From positions 8,680,001 to 8,744,000 of the forward strand of contig NC_135263.1 of NCBI RefSeq assembly GCF_964204865.1: a stretch of 64,000 nt of DNA, written 5' to 3'. Position 1 is the stretch's first letter. Every line of letters begins with the position of its first letter. Positions 61,050-64,000 of the stretch are shown in pieces. The translations under genes and the position numbers were made by a program. The notes under the pieces are model-generated. The model searched no databases. It saw only the letters and a list, made by a program, of their open reading frames with translations, and had not been told where the DNA came from. Origin of the DNA: Styela clava. Lineage: Eukaryota.

Positions 61050-62840
61050 ATGAATTTGTATATAGTCATAACATTTGTCCATTTAATCATCTCTCAAACA
61101 ACTCTTGCTTCAAAACTTGAAGTAGAATCACCTGGTAGCTCTGAAGCAGCCAAAAATCAGCTCCAAAAAATATATGACCAAACGAAGCACATGCGTTATG
61201 GCCAATGTTGGATGCAAGCGCTTAGTGTTCTGCAGGCAGGGTGCAGACAACTGACCGATGAGGTACAACGTAGGATTGCTTATGCCTTTGCTCGATGTCA
61301 TTTGCAAGCTTCTGGTCGAGATATACCAGAATGTCCTAATGAAAAACCAATTTCAGCGTGCACAGATTCAGAAGCTATACCTGATATTGCATTCAACGCT
61401 TATACTGAATTTTTTACACATACGCAGCAGATTTGTTTTCATCTTCAAAATCAAGCATGGCACGAAGCAACTGAAAACACTATTTCACGTCTTGCTGATA
61501 ATTCTGCAGAGGTTGCTACACAGTTGGAAAACAGTGCAGATGTAGCAAAAGAAATGGTCGCTCAACAAAGTAAATCTTTAGAAAATCAAGAAATTTTGTT
61601 ACAAAATGAAGAAAAATTGAAGAATTCGATGGAAAAATCAGTTTTGGATGTGCAAAGATCTCATGCTGAGACCAAGGCTATCATAAGTGAACAACGGGCT
61701 CTTTTTAGCGAAGTTTTTGACAGAGTCGCAGTGTTACAAAAAACTGTCCTTGGTGAATTTTCTAGCATTTACACATTCGGATTCTACGTTGGTTCGACAT
61801 TGATGGCATACATTCTTACATCTACAACCAGAACTAGCAGTGCCAGAGTTTGGTTGTTCCTTATTCTTATGATGAATGCTGCAGCAGAACGTATGATTAC
61901 TTATTACTATGTAAATCCTATTGATGGTAATACAAGTTTTGCTAGTGGATCACTCAGTGCTATGGTACCTGAATTGATTTATGAACAAACGTGGCTTTGT
62001 CGACAAGTATTCTCTGGATTTGCTCTTCTAGTTCTACTCCTTTCTGTTTGTCGATATAAGGATTACAATCGCATCAACAACTCGCTTTTAAATGAAATTA
62101 AACAACAAAATTTAGAATTGCAGAATTATATCAAAGAAAATATCCATGATGTGCACATAATTGGTAATTCAACTCAATCTGCTTCAATCAATCTTATCAA
62201 GACTGAGGAAATTCACGATGAAAGTATTGGGAAAAAAATGCTTCTGGATAAACATCAATCTGATATTAGATCAGTTGCGACATTGTCTCATCGTCACGAA
62301 CCAAATGCAACCATGTCCGATGCAAATACGACCATTTGTCCATCTAATTTGACGAAAATGACCATAAACGTCACAGATTCGGAAGGAGAAGAGAGTGACT
62401 GCACTTTTCGTCAGTCGGAGGTCACAAATGATGTATCAGATGTATCATCTGTCACAAGTTTCATGTCAGTTAGTACAAGAAGTACTCGATCTCGTTCTGT
62501 AAGCGCTCGCATCAATTCGTCCAGACGTTCATCCACTCCGCTGAGAGATATTATTATTACGGAAAACCAATCTAAAACAAGTATGAAACGCTCCAGAAGG
62601 AAGAGCAGCATTATTTCAACGTTAAATGACAGCGTTTCAAATGTAAATCCTCCATCTTCTAGCGTTGTAGTTGGTGGTTATAGTTTACGACGGCGACCCG
62701 AATCTCCAAGAGTTAACCATTCCATTTTACGAACTGAAACAGTTGAAGAATTCACAAGCTATGTCTTGCATGATTTAGCTGAAAGATCTGCTGATAAAAG
62801 AATGCAAATAACGCAGCATCTAGCTTTAAAGAAATCATAA
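61050..62840 (+). CDS. Brambleberry/GEX1/Kar5-family nuclear membrane fusion protein, 596 aa, single coding exon
   Basis: Signal peptide; Cys-rich domain CWMQALSVLQAGCRQLTDEVQRRIAYAFARCHLQASGR..P.C...C...AFNAYTEFFTHTQQICFHLQ; coiled coil; three hydrophobic segments (about aa 240-335); Ser/Arg-rich tail. Upstream acceptor tttccag| at 60947. Confidence 0.85.
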   Translation: MNLYIVITFVHLIISQTTLASKLEVESPGSSEAAKNQLQKIYDQTKHMRYGQCWMQALSVLQAGCRQLTDEVQRRIAYAFARCHLQASGRDIPECPNEKPISACTDSEAIPDIAFNAYTEFFTHTQQICFHLQNQAWHEATENTISRLADNSAEVATQLENSADVAKEMVAQQSKSLENQEILLQNEEKLKNSMEKSVLDVQRSHAETKAIISEQRALFSEVFDRVAVLQKTVLGEFSSIYTFGFYVGSTLMAYILTSTTRTSSARVWLFLILMMNAAAERMITYYYVNPIDGNTSFASGSLSAMVPELIYEQTWLCRQVFSGFALLVLLLSVCRYKDYNRINNSLLNEIKQQNLELQNYIKENIHDVHIIGNSTQSASINLIKTEEIHDESIGKKMLLDKHQSDIRSVATLSHRHEPNATMSDANTTICPSNLTKMTINVTDSEGEESDCTFRQSEVTNDVSDVSSVTSFMSVSTRSTRSRSVSARINSSRRSSTPLRDIIITENQSKTSMKRSRRKSSIISTLNDSVSNVNPPSSSVVVGGYSLRRRPESPRVNHSILRTETVEEFTSYVLHDLAERSADKRMQITQHLALKKS

Positions 62841-63665
62841 TTTAGCAATTCGGAATTTTTCCAGCAACTTACAAACTTTTATTTATTTATAAGATATGAA
62901 CATGTCTCTGTATTTTTTTTCACCGATTTTTATGCCAAGTTCCACTTGTCTTTTGTATTTAATAGTACCAAATCATGAAAATGCTCTTTTTATAATCTTC
63001 ATCATTGTTTGAAAAATTTATTTTCTCGTCATTGTGAAACAATTTACCTCCTGTTTTGTTCCAATGAATACACATATTTTTACTCATTTTTTATGAAAAA
63101 ACGTTTAGTTACCTACACAACTCAAAATTATATTCAACCTAGTTTGTCTTCAAGTTCTCAGACTATTTGTCTAACCGCTATGGGCATCAATATGATCTTC
63201 ATAATATCTAATATTATATTAAATTTTGGGTCCTTATTTCGTGATACTGGTACTTTAATGAAAATGTTCAATTGCGTTAACATAATGAAGTATTTTACTT
63301 TAATCAGTACGTTGTGTTATGTATTGTTGACAAATTTGTTGCTTTTATAGTCTGTAGTTGCATAAAAAGTGCCTACCAAAAGAAAGAAACCCAAACTTTT
63401 TAATGGAAAATGTAAATTTTGTCATCTGACAATTTTCAATTTTTGTATGTGAACGAGTCCAGAAATGATGATGCACAATATATAATACAGATTGTTTTCG
63501 TTACTACTCTGATGAAGTTACTTTGGTCTTTTTTTACATTTTCTAATCATGCACGTTTGCCTCTCGTTTGCAGTTGTTGTCTTGCATATAGTTTATTTTA
63601 TTTTTAAGACTTATACGTATATAGTTTGGTGATAAATGCCGAACTTTTCTCCATGCAGTAACAAC

Positions 63666-63809
63666 ATGGTTACTATGGTAGAAACAATTGGAAAAACAGG
63701 AATTAAAAAAAGAGTTATATCTGCCGTACAGGGTGACAAACCAAGTTTTAGTGACAAAGGAAAAGCTACTTTTCATTTCAAGACCATTCAAAATGCTCAT
63801 GACATCAAG
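63666..63809 (+). CDS. AIP: AH receptor-interacting protein (AIP/AIPL1 family), first coding exon; gene continues past the window
   Basis: MVTMVETIGKTGIKKRVISAVQGDKPSFSDKGKATFHFKT resembles the AIP N-terminus ([29 protein letters not shown]); acceptor at 63658, donor AAG|gtaagc at 63809. Confidence 0.82.
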
Positions 63810-64000
63810 GTAAGCATTTGATATTTGTTTTGTTAAGTAAATAGATAACAAAAACCAGGTCTTAACTTTGTGAGCCTGAAAATTAGTTTATCTGATTCTT
63901 CATACCTAACTGAATTTTGATGATGTCATTCGTTATGATACCACAATAATGACTACCTCAAATTCTAAAACTAGTGTCGGAGCCTCATTAAATGTATATT

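Overview
AT-rich eukaryotic (animal) genomic DNA with short spliceosomal introns. The gene content, intron sizes and repeat types fit an ascidian tunicate; this is inference and the species cannot be fixed from sequence alone. The left half (about 1-33 kb) is a CpG-retaining, gene-poor domain around a two-exon FoxF gene (12026-22454, 8.6 kb intron), plus the first coding exon of an unidentified minus-strand gene at the left edge. The right half is a compact, CpG-depleted block: DUS2 (13 coding exons, last exon 5.3 kb away toward FoxF), glutathione synthetase and intronless-CDS DDX51 on the minus strand; then CEP95 (16 coding exons, with GC-AG introns), a Brambleberry/GEX1/Kar5-family nuclear fusion gene and the first exon of AIP on the plus strand. 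Mobile DNA includes two MITEs, a Helentron-associated (HINE/DINE-like) element, two hAT/Buster derivatives and a tRNA-derived SINE interrupted by a 1.45 kb TA-targeting Tc1/mariner-type element. Most notable: (i) arrays of TA-CCG/CGG/CCGG/GCC/CAG-TA units beside two presumed promoters that look like stacked transposon excision footprints and match the termini of the element in this window; (ii) a remote DUS2 terminal exon with a candidate dsRBD-truncating alternative exon; (iii) candidate trans-spliced operons; (iv) several candidate FoxF enhancers. All exon structures were read by hand.
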